A DNA stretch of 64,000 bases from Anaerolineae bacterium (GTDB lineage: Bacteria > Chloroflexota > Anaerolineae > Anaerolineales > E44-bin32). The notes beneath the pieces were generated by a model. It was not told the origin of the DNA and did not search any database. It saw only the letters and a list, made by a program, of their open reading frames with translations. The position numbers and the translations under genes were made by a program. Position 1 is the first letter of the stretch. Every line of letters begins with the position of its first letter. The stretch covers positions 9,355 through 73,354 of the forward strand of contig DUET01000064.1 in assembly GCA_011192015.1 (NCBI GenBank), in the 5' to 3' direction. Positions 42,429 to 52,539 of this stretch are shown here, one piece after another.

Positions 42429-43673
42429 TCAAAGAGGTGATGGGCGTCTGTTTTCAAGACCAATGAGCGGTCGCAGTCTCAAAAGAAAGTTGGTTTGATC
42501 TCCTTCGCGACTGACAAGGATTTCGACTTCCCGCCCATCTTGTCTGAGCATGCTTCGAATCTGCATCAGTTGGAGGTCGGATGCGCTCTGCCCATCGATC
42601 TGGAGAATTTCATCGCCCACTCGCAAACCGGCTTCCTCGGCGGGGGAGGTTTCGTAGACATGATCGACAATCACCCTCTCGAAATTCTCGTCCATGATGA
42701 GTTCCAGCCCTGAGCAGTTGAACTCGAACGCTTCCTGGTATAGCTGATTCGGTTCAAGGAAGATCGTTTCCTGTTGGACGTCAATGAATAGATTGAAACG
42801 CTTGAGGATGTTGTTTCCTAGAATTCCCATAATCCCCGGCCATGAAAGCGCGCCTGACTCTGCAAAGGCAATTTTGGCGGGCATATCGACGAATTCATAG
42901 GGACCAACGGTAAAGCTGGAGAGCATCGTCGTGACAACTTGGTAACTGTCTGCGCTCAGACCCGCAATGACTTCCCGAGCATAACTACTTCCGATTTCCG
43001 AAAGCAGATCCTTTTCCCTCGCAAACGGAGTGTTGAAAAAGATGCTGCCTGTAGAGCCACTATCCACGATGACCCTTCCGGTGAAAACGGCACCGCTCTC
43101 GAAACCAACCGCCGCATGGATAAGGAGTGTCGTTCCCGACACTTCCAAGTCATATGCCTGCGCAGCGAGGTTGTAGTCGTATCGTCTTGTGTCATAGACC
43201 TCGATCTGCATCCTGTCGTAGTTCAACCGCACGGCATACTGCGACAGGATTGCCCACCCTATGGCTCCTTCGATTCTTACACCGAATCGTCGGTCGATGT
43301 GATCCAACCCGGCGATTCCCAAGGCGATATCCGAAAGCGTCAAATCACCTATGGTCAGCGTATGCTTCTCCGACAGAACGACAGGAGCGTCCCCGGCGGC
43401 GCCCTGCCTCGACACCGTCTCATCGCCGGTTATATCCAATCTCTCAGCAGTCCTGGCGCTGAGGATAGTTCCACCCGCTCCCGTATCGAAGATGAAATCC
43501 AGTGCGTCCGATCCGTCGATCGTCAATTCCACCATGATCGCCGAACCATACAACTCGAAGGGAATTACCGCAACAAGACCACCAACCATCGTGCTGCCGT
43601 TCAGCTCAATAGCTGTGCAGGATGCGCTGAACAGCAACATCAAGATCAACGCGACTGCCATTCTTTCTCTCAT
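42429..43673 (-). CDS. Retropepsin-like aspartyl protease (two lobes) + PDZ, lipoprotein
   Basis: FIFDTGAG and IVDSGST; GILG; PDZ SPAEEAGLRVGDEIL; lipobox SASC. Confidence 0.88.
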   Translation of the reverse strand: MRERMAVALILMLLFSASCTAIELNGSTMVGGLVAVIPFELYGSAIMVELTIDGSDALDFIFDTGAGGTILSARTAERLDITGDETVSRQGAAGDAPVVLSEKHTLTIGDLTLSDIALGIAGLDHIDRRFGVRIEGAIGWAILSQYAVRLNYDRMQIEVYDTRRYDYNLAAQAYDLEVSGTTLLIHAAVGFESGAVFTGRVIVDSGSTGSIFFNTPFAREKDLLSEIGSSYAREVIAGLSADSYQVVTTMLSSFTVGPYEFVDMPAKIAFAESGALSWPGIMGILGNNILKRFNLFIDVQQETIFLEPNQLYQEAFEFNCSGLELIMDENFERVIVDHVYETSPAEEAGLRVGDEILQIDGQSASDLQLMQIRSMLRQDGREVEILVSREGDQTNFLLRLRPLIGLENRRPSPL

Positions 43674-43692
43674 ATGCCCTCCATAAGGAATC

Positions 43693-43717
43693 TACGTTTG
43701 AATCGATGGAAGGTTGC
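43693..43717 (-). promoter_or_regulatory. Putative ECF sigma promoter
   Basis: Minus-strand GCAAC-N16-CGTA just upstream of the protease GGAGG RBS. Confidence 0.45.
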
Positions 43718-43952
43718 GATCCAGGACACTCCAGTCCTGATCATTCCAGCAGTGGAAGACATTTTCCGGGACACCTTCGATGCTGGATCCTCTCCGTCGT
43801 ATGTTCGTGCAATCCATGACGGAACCTCGAGGGCGGCGGAGCAGCGGGAGCATGGCAAGTTCAAGGGATTCCAGAAAGAAAAAAGCTGTCCCTGATAGAC
43901 AGCCCGCATACTCTTCGCCGATAGTGGAAGTGGTTGACCCTTGCGTCGTTGC

Positions 43953-44402
43953 TCACTCCTCCGTTTCGGGACTGCGGGGATGAGGCCAGTAGAGGATCAA
44001 ACCCACGACACTGACCACGATCCCAAAGGCGAGCCCGATGACCTGGATCCTCCCGAAGGATAGATTCGGGAAGTGCTGCGTGCCTATCCCCATGTAATCC
44101 GCCAGCGAGGCAACCAAGGAAAACACATAGCCGGTGGCGATCAAACGCACGCCGATCTCTGCGCGCAGACTGGTCGGACGCCCATTGCGAATGATGCGAA
44201 CCGCCGCATAACCTCCGATGAGCATGGCAGCCAATCCCGCCAGCCATGTGCTCATCTGCACGAAGCCCACATGGGGAGTGAGGTTCATGCCGATCAGATC
44301 GGGCTCCACTCCGATGACGAAGGCGCCGAGGCCTGCCAAGCCCAGGAGCGCAAATCGCTGGACCCATTTGATCTGATTCTTCCTGAGATTACCAAGAGGC
44401 AT
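43953..44402 (-). CDS. Hypothetical 4-TM membrane protein
   Basis: Two similar halves (D-x-I/M-G...G..Q); translationally close to the upstream gene. Confidence 0.7.
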   Translation of the reverse strand: MPLGNLRKNQIKWVQRFALLGLAGLGAFVIGVEPDLIGMNLTPHVGFVQMSTWLAGLAAMLIGGYAAVRIIRNGRPTSLRAEIGVRLIATGYVFSLVASLADYMGIGTQHFPNLSFGRIQVIGLAFGIVVSVVGLILYWPHPRSPETEE

Positions 44403-44405
44403 CGA

Positions 44406-45491
44406 TCAACTCTCCGGGAGGATTTTCCTGAGAAGCCGCAGCCAATTTCCCCCGAGTACTGCCTCCGCGTCTTCCTGGCTGAAGCCTCTTCTGCGCAGTG
44501 CAGGTCCAATAAACCGCAGGTCCGCCACGCTGTCAAGGTCTTGAGGCACGAGCTCCAATCCGTACCCCCCGTCCAGGTCCGATCCGATTCCCACATGCTC
44601 GGCGCTACCGACCAGCTGGCAAACGTGGTCGATGTGCATGACAACATCATCGAGGGTCACCGCGGCGCGCCCATCGGAAACTCGCCAACCATCCTTGAGG
44701 AACCGATTGCCGATCACGATGCCCATCACGCCTCCACGCTCGGCCAGCCCCATGATGGCTTCGTCGGTGAGGTGCCGATCGAGGAACGTGCTGTTGGGCA
44801 ACAGGGTTCTCGGATTGCTGTGGGAAGCGATGATGGTCCCGGGATAGCGCTCCAAACTTTGGAGCACGGCCTCCTCCGCCAGATGGCTGATATCGAGGGT
44901 CATGCCCAAATCCGCCATGGCTTCGAGCAGATCCCATCCTTCGGAAGTGTAAGGGCCTGGCTCTCGAGTGCCTCCCGCATAGCGCGTCGCCATCCAGGCC
45001 GGCCCAACGATGCGCACACCGCGCTCATACCACATGGGAAGTTCGGATGGATTGCGAACCCCATCCGCTCCTTCCATGAGGATCACCATCCCGAGCTGGG
45101 GCCGCACCGGTTTTTCCTCCCAGCGGGAGACAACGTCCTGCAGATCGGCATGGGTCAGGAGCATGCGGAATTTGTCGGGATGGTTCTCCAGCAAGCGGTG
45201 ATAGGCGTCCAGATTCTGGGCATACAGGCGATGCGCCTGCTCGGCGTCCTTGTAGCGGCGCTTTTCCCAGGGCCGCAGCTGCTTTCGCACGGGCGTGGCG
45301 AACAGGGTTGCGAACACCACGCCCACACGGCCTCGAACCCACGCATCCCAAGCCAGCATGGCGGTTCCATTGCGCTCGGGGATGTCGGTATCGCGTTCGC
45401 GCTCCCGGATTTCTGCAAGCGGGAGCGAATAGTCCCGATCGAAGCTCAACATGTTCCAGGCGATATCTTCGTGCCCATCCACAATCAGCAT
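44406..45491 (-). CDS. Membrane dipeptidase (M19)
   Basis: DGHED, MEGAD, DISH, ASHSN, VGIGSDLDG. Confidence 0.92.
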   Translation of the reverse strand: MLIVDGHEDIAWNMLSFDRDYSLPLAEIRERERDTDIPERNGTAMLAWDAWVRGRVGVVFATLFATPVRKQLRPWEKRRYKDAEQAHRLYAQNLDAYHRLLENHPDKFRMLLTHADLQDVVSRWEEKPVRPQLGMVILMEGADGVRNPSELPMWYERGVRIVGPAWMATRYAGGTREPGPYTSEGWDLLEAMADLGMTLDISHLAEEAVLQSLERYPGTIIASHSNPRTLLPNSTFLDRHLTDEAIMGLAERGGVMGIVIGNRFLKDGWRVSDGRAAVTLDDVVMHIDHVCQLVGSAEHVGIGSDLDGGYGLELVPQDLDSVADLRFIGPALRRRGFSQEDAEAVLGGNWLRLLRKILPES

Positions 45492-46495
45492 CAGGCTTCC
45501 TTCATTTCTGCCGCCAATTGGCGCCAAAAATCATCTCGATCTCCAGGGATGAAGGGGAGATAGAGTGTCAGGCGATCTGCAAGCCCCTGGTAGCGCTCCT
45601 TCAAAGCACCCGCCAGCTCTTCGGCCGGCGCTACGACAGCGAAGGTCTCCAGCATGTCGTCAGTGATCAGGTTGTGCATTTCCATCCACCCGCCGCGCTT
45701 GGAGAGCTCAAGAAGTTGATCGGCCGTCTCCCCCCAGCCGTGATGGGCCATCACCGGCCGGTAGGTGGGTGTGGATGCATAGAAGCCGATCTGCGCACGG
45801 ATGAAATCCCGTTCCCCGGGCTCGGTGACCACGAAGACCGGCGCGGCGATGCTCAAGGCATCCATGCTGCGACCGCTGCGCTCGGCACCCTCGGCAATGG
45901 CGGGCCGAATCACTTCAGCAAGGTACTGCGGCGAGTGGTAGGGATGGACATGGAAGCCATCCGCGATCTCACCCGCCAGGCGGCACAGCCCCGTGTTCAC
46001 GCCGGCGAGGTAGATGGGGATGTCGGGATGCTTGATCGGCCCGGGATTGAAGAAGGGCGACATCAGCGTGAGCTTGTAATGATCGGAGCGATAGTTCAGA
46101 CGTTCCCCGTTCTGCCAGCAATGCCACAAAGCACGCACTGCGCCGATGAGCTCCCGGAACCTACCCACCGGAGATTCCGGCCACGGCATGCCGAAACGCC
46201 GCTCGATATGCGCCCGCACCTGCGTTCCCAATCCAAGGATCAACCGACCGGATGATGCCTCAGCCAGGTCCCAACTGGAGTAAGCGATCGTGGTGGGGCT
46301 GCGTCCAAAGGCGACGGCTATGGCCGTGCCGAATCGGATGTGCGAGGTGTGCTCAGCAACCAGCGCCAGGGGAAGGAACGGGTCATGCTGCGTCTCGCTC
46401 GCCCAAAGTGCATCAAAGCCGATGTCCTCGGCCAGCTCAGCGATGGCGGGGACGGGTCCTAAAGGTGTGGGTGGTAGGTTGGCATCCAGCTTCAT
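45491..46495 (-). CDS. F420-dependent LLM-class oxidoreductase (TIGR03617-like)
   Basis: ETQHDPFL, LGLGTQVRAHIERRF, FYASTPTYR. Confidence 0.88.
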   Translation of the reverse strand: MKLDANLPPTPLGPVPAIAELAEDIGFDALWASETQHDPFLPLALVAEHTSHIRFGTAIAVAFGRSPTTIAYSSWDLAEASSGRLILGLGTQVRAHIERRFGMPWPESPVGRFRELIGAVRALWHCWQNGERLNYRSDHYKLTLMSPFFNPGPIKHPDIPIYLAGVNTGLCRLAGEIADGFHVHPYHSPQYLAEVIRPAIAEGAERSGRSMDALSIAAPVFVVTEPGERDFIRAQIGFYASTPTYRPVMAHHGWGETADQLLELSKRGGWMEMHNLITDDMLETFAVVAPAEELAGALKERYQGLADRLTLYLPFIPGDRDDFWRQLAAEMKEA

Positions 46496-46589
46496 GGTCT
46501 CTTCCTATCCGGTTCCATTCCAGCCCGGCTGTCGCGCGGCGTGCTTCGCAAACATGCAAACCGGGGAAACTTGCCTGCGCTAAGAAGGC

Positions 46590-47009
46590 TCAGTCGAGCC
46601 CTTCGAAATCAGCGATCACTTCCCGCCAGGATGGAGGCACGCTGATGGACTCCTCATTCTGATAATCGTAGGCCACGATCACGCTCGAGGCCTCAGCGAA
46701 CTCCGTGCCGTCGTCGATCTCTCGAATCGAGTAGGCCATTTCGATGCTCTTGTTGCCCAAGCGTGTGGTCCGAACACCGACATGGATACGCTGTCCATAG
46801 GCGATGGGTCTTTTATAGGTGCAGCCCGTCTGCACGAGGATGATGCCGATGCTTTCGAAGTTTCTGCCATCCCACAATCCCAAATGCTGCAGGTATATGG
46901 CGCGCGCATTCTCCAGAAAGCTGAAGATCGTGGCATTGTTGACATGGCGTTGGGCGTCGATGTCCGCATAGCGAATTTCGATCGGCTGGTAGAAGCGGTA
47001 ATCATTCAC
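46590..47009 (-). CDS. Acyl-CoA thioesterase (4HBT family)
   Basis: RYADIDAQRHVNNA...ENAR. Confidence 0.9.
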   Translation of the reverse strand: MNDYRFYQPIEIRYADIDAQRHVNNATIFSFLENARAIYLQHLGLWDGRNFESIGIILVQTGCTYKRPIAYGQRIHVGVRTTRLGNKSIEMAYSIREIDDGTEFAEASSVIVAYDYQNEESISVPPSWREVIADFEGLD

Positions 47010-47195
47010 ACGAAACCTCGTTGAAACAGTTTGTAGCCAGGATCTTGGCCGGTCCCGGCGATCCAATGCGAGGAAAATCGCACGGCCATTATACGCCCTC
47101 TCCGGAACCAGGATCCGAAAAACAGACATTGGTTGCCGGATCAGAGAGCGATCGCTACGCCTGGTGATAAATCCCCGATCGCGGACCGCCGGTCC

Positions 47196-47822
47196 TCAGC
47201 GCCAGGTGACATCCCCACACAGATCCGCCGGATGCTCTGCGTTCCGAAAGGCTTCAAAGGCCGCGCGTTCGTCCCCCACAGTCGTGGAGCCGCCATGCCC
47301 TGGATGCAGGACCGTTTCGTCCGGCCACGTGAAGACGGTCCGAGCAAGCGAGCCGAGGGAAGCGATCAGATCCTGGTAGCTGGCGGTGTGACCGGGCCCG
47401 CTGGGAAAGATGGCGTCGCCCACTACGGCACGCGGCGGGGAGCGTGAATCCATCAGCCGGAAGGCGACACTGCCTGGCGTATGCCCTGGGATGTGAACAA
47501 CTTGCAAGCCATCCTCACCGACGGCAAGAACATCACCATCCTCAAGGAAATCATCCGACTTCAACTCGAAGCGCTGGGCATCAGCCGCATGCAAACTGAT
47601 GGGCGCATGCAGCGCATCGCTGACGGCCACCAGCGCGCCGACGTGGTCGGGGTGTCCATGCGTGAGCAAGATACGTGTGATCTTCGTGGGTGCGATCCAA
47701 TCCAAGATTCTCTCTGCTTCATCACCGGGATCGATGAGTATGCCCGTGCTTGTCTCAGGATGCAGAACGAGATAGCAGTTCATCTCATAAGGTCCAACCG
47801 TCAGCTTCCGAAGCTCGAGCAT
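47196..47822 (-). CDS. MBL-fold hydrolase (glyoxalase II-like)
   Basis: THGHPDHVG, PGHTPGS, GD, PGHG. Confidence 0.92.
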   Translation of the reverse strand: MLELRKLTVGPYEMNCYLVLHPETSTGILIDPGDEAERILDWIAPTKITRILLTHGHPDHVGALVAVSDALHAPISLHAADAQRFELKSDDFLEDGDVLAVGEDGLQVVHIPGHTPGSVAFRLMDSRSPPRAVVGDAIFPSGPGHTASYQDLIASLGSLARTVFTWPDETVLHPGHGGSTTVGDERAAFEAFRNAEHPADLCGDVTWR

Positions 47823-48003
47823 GGATACCTCCAAAGGTTGAGGCTCGATCGCGTTTGCAGGATAACCGGTCTTCGGATTCGAGGCAACCACGGCTCGATG
47901 CCATGTTCATGACACGCCGATGCGAAGATTAACAGCCGACCGCTTCGGTATTTCAACGCCGATAAGATAACTTACCGGAGAAGGATTCGAAGCGGTCAGC
48001 GTC

Positions 48004-48225
48004 CTACTTGGAAAGAGCGTAGTATGGTTTGATCTCGCGTTCCTTGGATTGTGTTCCTTTCTGGAAGCCTTTGGCCATCCAATTACCTGCTGCTAAACAC
48101 CAGCATACTGCGGGGATCATTCGATCGAGAACACAACCGGCTTCTGCAACATTCGCTATTCCAACGAGTGCATTGATGATGATAACCATCAAGACCATTA
48201 GAAAGCGCATTCCCGGCATTTCCAT
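48004..48225 (-). CDS. Possible small membrane protein
   Basis: Hydrophobic N-terminus; GAGGT upstream of the second ATG; lies between the anti-sigma gene and a terminator-like hairpin. Confidence 0.3.
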   Translation of the reverse strand: MEMPGMRFLMVLMVIIINALVGIANVAEAGCVLDRMIPAVCWCLAAGNWMAKGFQKGTQSKEREIKPYYALSK

Positions 48226-48291
48226 ACCTCACATGCTATTGGGTTCAAAGTGAACACATAAGGTATTCCTCATGCCAATCGTCTCCACGAA

Positions 48292-48609
48292 TTATGGGCC
48301 ATTATTCACGACTAGCATGAGAATGGTTCCGCCTACCAGAGCCGCAACCACAAAACCCACCAGCACGGTCAGAAATACGGTACGCCAGAATACGACCTTC
48401 TTTGCATTTTCGAGGGCTTCCATTTCGTCCTCCTTCGTCAGGGGTGTGGGCACACCAGCAGGCAGCTCTATCGTTGCCTGCTTGGCAAACGCAGCCATCT
48501 CCTCGTCTGTTTGTAGGTATTGTTCAATGAACTCGCGTGTCTCTTGGCTGACTTCATCAGCGAGATACAACGGGAGCAGGTCGGCAATGACACTTCGTGG
48601 TAGATCCAT
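48292..48609 (-). CDS. Anti-sigma factor (degenerate zf-HC2-like + TM)
   Basis: DLLPLYLADEVSQET...IEQYL; C-terminal TM; overlaps the sigma stop codon. Confidence 0.8.
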   Translation of the reverse strand: MDLPRSVIADLLPLYLADEVSQETREFIEQYLQTDEEMAAFAKQATIELPAGVPTPLTKEDEMEALENAKKVVFWRTVFLTVLVGFVVAALVGGTILMLVVNNGP

Positions 48610-49094
48610 TATCTCGTCTCCTCCCGATAGCGATCTTGAATGAGGCGCTTACGAACACGATGAACCTTGACCTTGGCAGCGCTTAGCGAGATCTTCAGCG
48701 CGCGTGCGATTTCGGCATATGGAAGCTCAAGCTCCACTCTCATCAAAAACGCTGCTCTGTCCAGCTCGGGCAATGTTTGTAATATGCGATGGACCATGTT
48801 GATTTCGAAGCGCTGCTCCGTGACCATGGCTGGTCCTGGGTTGGTATCCGCATGCTGTTCGTCGAGGGATGTGACCTGTTTCTGCTTTCTCCTTCGTCGT
48901 AGGAAGGTATTCCGCGCGATGGCAAACAGGTATGCCTTGAGCGTCTCGGTGCGAATTGTGTTCCTGCGGGTCCAGGCCCGGACGAACGTCTCGGAGGTGA
49001 TATCTTCAGCTTCGCTGTGATCACCCGCAAGCCAATAGGTAAAGCGATAGACGTCATTGACGTTCGTCTCGTAGAGTTCTTCGAAGGTAAGCAT
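48609..49094 (-). CDS. ECF RNA polymerase sigma factor
   Basis: AEDITSETF, YLFAIARN; region 4 YAEIARAL..VKVKVHR. Confidence 0.92.
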   Translation of the reverse strand: MLTFEELYETNVNDVYRFTYWLAGDHSEAEDITSETFVRAWTRRNTIRTETLKAYLFAIARNTFLRRRRKQKQVTSLDEQHADTNPGPAMVTEQRFEINMVHRILQTLPELDRAAFLMRVELELPYAEIARALKISLSAAKVKVHRVRKRLIQDRYREETR

Positions 49095-49193
49095 TGCCTC
49101 CCTCTACCCAGAATATCCATGAAAAGCTGGAAAGTTACAACAAGACATCCGATGATGAATGCGTGATCCATCAGATGTGGACCCAATTAAATT

Positions 49194-49230
49194 AAAACGA
49201 GCCAGCCTGCTAGAGGCTGGCTCTCGTTTT
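49194..49230. terminator. Intrinsic terminator
   Basis: AAAACGAGCCAGCCT-GCTAG-AGGCTGGCTC..GTTTT. Confidence 0.8.
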
Positions 49231-49251
49231 ACCCTGCTGGAGGGCAAGGGA

Positions 49252-50265
49252 TCATCTCTTCTGTAGAGGTATCGTTATCGGAAATGCGCCTCCCCCGAAA
49301 GCATCTCGAAGCATGCGATATCCCATCACCAGTGTCTCGATGCTTGTGACGATCACCGCCACTCCAAAAGCCAATCGAAATGCATGCATGCCGATGACCT
49401 GGAAGCCACCATCGATGTTCTCAGGTAGTATTTTGAAAGTGGCGATCCAACCTCCGCCTCCGTGATCCGCCAACCAGGCCGTGTGTCCTTGGATCAGCAG
49501 GATCAGGATCGTGATACTCAGGAGGTTCATGGCGATCTTCGCAAGACGTGTGGGCAGGGTCCATCGCCCTTGCCATAGCAGGTAGATATCCAAACCGATG
49601 CTGGCTACGATGGCTATGCTGATCCATACGATGTACTGGGTGATGATCGGATTGGCAAAGAATTCGCCGCCGGGAAACGTCACGAAACCGATCCACTGCG
49701 GGAAGAAAACCAAGACGACAAGGATGAGAGTGCTCATGACAATGCCGAATATTCGTTCACCTCGCTTAACTCTTTCGACCTCGTCGACCTTGGGAAGCTT
49801 TTTCGGATCCCAGACTTTCTCTTCGACGTCGGGTCGCACCTCGAAGCGCTGCAGTATGGCGAACACAACGACCACACTCCCAATCGCAGAGGGGATGGCG
49901 GTCAGCAATCCGTCAAGCGCATGTAGAGGAGCAATCGGATCTTGCGCGATGATGGCAGCGACAGTCCAGGCGAGGATTTGCGCACCCAAGACTGCAGCTA
50001 AAACGATCCCCATCACCAGTCGGAAAAGCGGATAGAGCGCAGGACCGATCAGGTACTGCCCTTCGGGATGGTAGGATGCCGCTACAGCCCGGGGCGAGCC
50101 ATGCTCCTTCAGCAAGGTAATGATTTCAGCTTCGGTTGGGTCAGGGCCGGCGCGATCTTCCAGCGCGTCGATCAGCAGCGAACGCAACTCAGCCTGGATA
50201 TCGGCGCGATTAGTTCGCGGCAGGTGGCGACCGACCTCGTGCACATAGCGATCAATGAGACTCAT
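49252..50265 (-). CDS. HAAS-domain membrane protein
   Basis: LIDRYVHEVGRHLP...DIQAELRSLLIDALE...HGSPRAVAASY...YLIGP, followed by TM helices. Confidence 0.85.
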   Translation of the reverse strand: MSLIDRYVHEVGRHLPRTNRADIQAELRSLLIDALEDRAGPDPTEAEIITLLKEHGSPRAVAASYHPEGQYLIGPALYPLFRLVMGIVLAAVLGAQILAWTVAAIIAQDPIAPLHALDGLLTAIPSAIGSVVVVFAILQRFEVRPDVEEKVWDPKKLPKVDEVERVKRGERIFGIVMSTLILVVLVFFPQWIGFVTFPGGEFFANPIITQYIVWISIAIVASIGLDIYLLWQGRWTLPTRLAKIAMNLLSITILILLIQGHTAWLADHGGGGWIATFKILPENIDGGFQVIGMHAFRLAFGVAVIVTSIETLVMGYRMLRDAFGGGAFPITIPLQKR

Positions 50266-50284
50266 TCTGTTTACCTCCATTATT

Positions 50285-50629
50285 TCATCCATCCAGCAGG
50301 CTTTCCATCATGGTTGTCAGGTCGCGCCATTCCGTCTTCAAAAGATCCAACAGGCGCGCTCCCTCAGAGCTGATCTCATAGTAGCGGCGCGGGCGCGAGC
50401 CCTCGACGCTCCATTCACTCTGCAGAAGACCCTGCGATTCCAGCCTTCGGAGGAGGGGATAAAGTGTACCCTGATCGATCTCCAATCCGCGCTCAGACAA
50501 ATCCCCCATGAGCGCGTAGCCGTATTTGTTCTGCGTGAGCTGGCTCAGCACGGCCAGGACCAGCACGCCTCGGCGGAGTTCTTGGGTCAATTTCGTGTGG
50601 ACTTCAGTCAATTCCTTGTTATCCATCAT
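50285..50629 (-). CDS. PadR family regulator
   Basis: LRRGVL, YGY, GTLYPLLRRLE, RRYYEIS. Confidence 0.93.
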   Translation of the reverse strand: MMDNKELTEVHTKLTQELRRGVLVLAVLSQLTQNKYGYALMGDLSERGLEIDQGTLYPLLRRLESQGLLQSEWSVEGSRPRRYYEISSEGARLLDLLKTEWRDLTTMMESLLDG

Positions 50630-50636
50630 GCTGCGC

Positions 50637-50666
50637 ATTATACTGTATATAACACACTATTGTCAA
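50637..50666 (-). promoter_or_regulatory. Consensus sigma70 promoter with internal operator; leaderless padR
   Basis: TTGACA-N18-TATAAT-N7-ATG; imperfect inverted repeat ATACTGT...ACACTAT in the spacer. Confidence 0.75.
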
Positions 50667-51152
50667 TACCCAATTATAGACAGATTCATATTATTACAGC
50701 TATTCAAAATTACATGAAGAAATGTACTGAATCCTATCGCAAGCTGCGCCGATTGGGTTGATGATCAGAGATGGAAACGATGCATAGATGCTGGTCCCTG
50801 CTTCCAATCGGCAATTGTCAATTCCTGTTTATTCATAGCAATCGGAATCGGCGGGTCCGAGATGGAACATGGGCTTTGAAATGCTTTTGCACGGTAGAAA
50901 GGATAATCAAACCAATTAAGTCCAAAAAACCATGAAAAGAACCAAAATCAGGGGACTGTACAAAGGAAAAAAGTGATGATATGATGGCCGCAGTGGTTGC
51001 GCGTGAGTTCTGTCTGCAAGTCGTACGACCAACGCCTGGGCTACGACAGCCAGGCTGTTGAGGTTATCCGCTCCCGCGGATGAACACGACCGCCGACGAA
51101 CGAAACAAGCACCTTCGACTCTCTATTGGATTTGCCGAAAGGAGACACGAGG

Positions 51153-51362
51153 ATGACCGAACGTTTGATCGGCACGGTCAAATGGTTCAACAGCGGGAAG
51201 GGATACGGATTCATCCAGCGCGAAGAGGGTGATGACGTCTTTGTCCACTACACCGCGATCCAGGCTGAGGGTTTCCGCACACTCGAAGAAGGACAGCGCG
51301 TGGAATTCTCGGTCGAACAAGGACCCAAAGGTCCGCAGGCAGCCAACGTCGTGATCGTGTAA
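51153..51362 (+). CDS. cspA: Cold-shock protein
   Basis: GTVKWFN, KGYGFI, DVFVHY. Confidence 0.95.
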   Translation: MTERLIGTVKWFNSGKGYGFIQREEGDDVFVHYTAIQAEGFRTLEEGQRVEFSVEQGPKGPQAANVVIV

Positions 51363-51380
51363 GTTGTGCTTTGCCACTAG

Positions 51381-51415
51381 AAGACCCCGCCTCTTGAGGC
51401 GGGGTCTTTGGTTTT
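51381..51415 (+). terminator. Intrinsic terminator
   Basis: AAGACCCCGCCTC-TT-GAGGCGGGGTCTT followed by TGGTTTT. Confidence 0.88.
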
Positions 51416-51481
51416 CCTCAGTGGCTCACAGTTCAATGCATTGAACTGTGAGCATCGATCCCATCCAGGATAGTTTGGTTT

Positions 51482-52438
51482 CTAGGTTGAAAGCTCGCGG
51501 TGCAGCACGCTCAAAGCCCGTACCTGCTGCTCGGCATGATACGAAGAACGCACCAGTGGGCCGCTTTCAACCCAACGGAAACCGATCCCGGTGCCATACT
51601 CCCGCAGATCATCGAACGTTTCCGGAGGATAGTAGCGCTCGATAGGAAGATGCGCTTTCGACGGCTGCAGGTATTGGCCGATGGTGAGGATGTCCACACC
51701 CCAATCGCGCAGATCGCGCATCCCATCCTTGACCTCTTCGATCGTCTCTCCTAAACCAAGCATGATGCCCGATTTGGTGAGCACTTCGGGATCGAGCTGC
51801 TTGGCATTCCGGAGCGTCGCCTGCGCCCACGCATAGCGATCCTGCGGTTGCACCTTCCGAAACAATCGAGGTACGGTCTCCACGTTGTGATTGAGGATTT
51901 CAGGGCGCGCATCCATGACGATCTTGAGCGCCTGCTTCGAGCCCTTGAAATCCGGAATCAACACTTCGACCGAACATCCCGGTTGCAGCTCGCGGATGCG
52001 GCGAATGACCATGGCGAAAATCGGCGCCCCGCCATCGGGTCGCTCATCGCGATTCACGCTGGTGATCACGGCATGTCGCAGCCCCATGGATTGCACAGCA
52101 CGCGCCACACGTTCTGGTTCGAGCCAGTCCAACGGCTTGGGGCGACCTGTGGTGACATCACAGAAGCGGCACGATCGCGTGCAGATCTCCCCCATCATCA
52201 AGAATGTTGCGGTTCCATTCCCCCAGCACTCGCCCATGTTCGGGCAGTGGGCTTCCTCACAAACGGTGTGAAGCGCCTTGCTGCGCATCAGCATTTGAAG
52301 CTGTTTATAGGTCTCGCCTGAAGGGGCGCGAACCTTGATCCACGGTGGACGTCGCCGAGGTTTATTCTCTGTAGGGGTCAAGGGTTTATCGCCTTGAGGC
52401 TTCCACTCGCTATCTGTCATCGCATTTCCGGGAATCAT
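51482..52438 (-). CDS. lipA: Lipoyl synthase (start may be 52420)
   Basis: [26 protein letters not shown]. Confidence 0.95.
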   Translation of the reverse strand: MIPGNAMTDSEWKPQGDKPLTPTENKPRRRPPWIKVRAPSGETYKQLQMLMRSKALHTVCEEAHCPNMGECWGNGTATFLMMGEICTRSCRFCDVTTGRPKPLDWLEPERVARAVQSMGLRHAVITSVNRDERPDGGAPIFAMVIRRIRELQPGCSVEVLIPDFKGSKQALKIVMDARPEILNHNVETVPRLFRKVQPQDRYAWAQATLRNAKQLDPEVLTKSGIMLGLGETIEEVKDGMRDLRDWGVDILTIGQYLQPSKAHLPIERYYPPETFDDLREYGTGIGFRWVESGPLVRSSYHAEQQVRALSVLHRELST

Positions 52439-52539
52439 TCTACCTCGCTTTCGCAGATGCTGGACAAAGCTTGAATGCATGGTGAAGATGAAGTAATGTG
52501 TAAGTATCCAGCAACTGGCGAGGGGAAGGGTGTGCTCTC

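Noticed and set aside
44073-45563. Long antisense or alternative-frame ORFs (also 21540-22658, 56984-58084, 60274-61410, 7797-8837)
   Set aside because: They shadow well-supported genes, have Arg/Pro/Gly-rich low-information composition and lack motifs, as expected from high GC.
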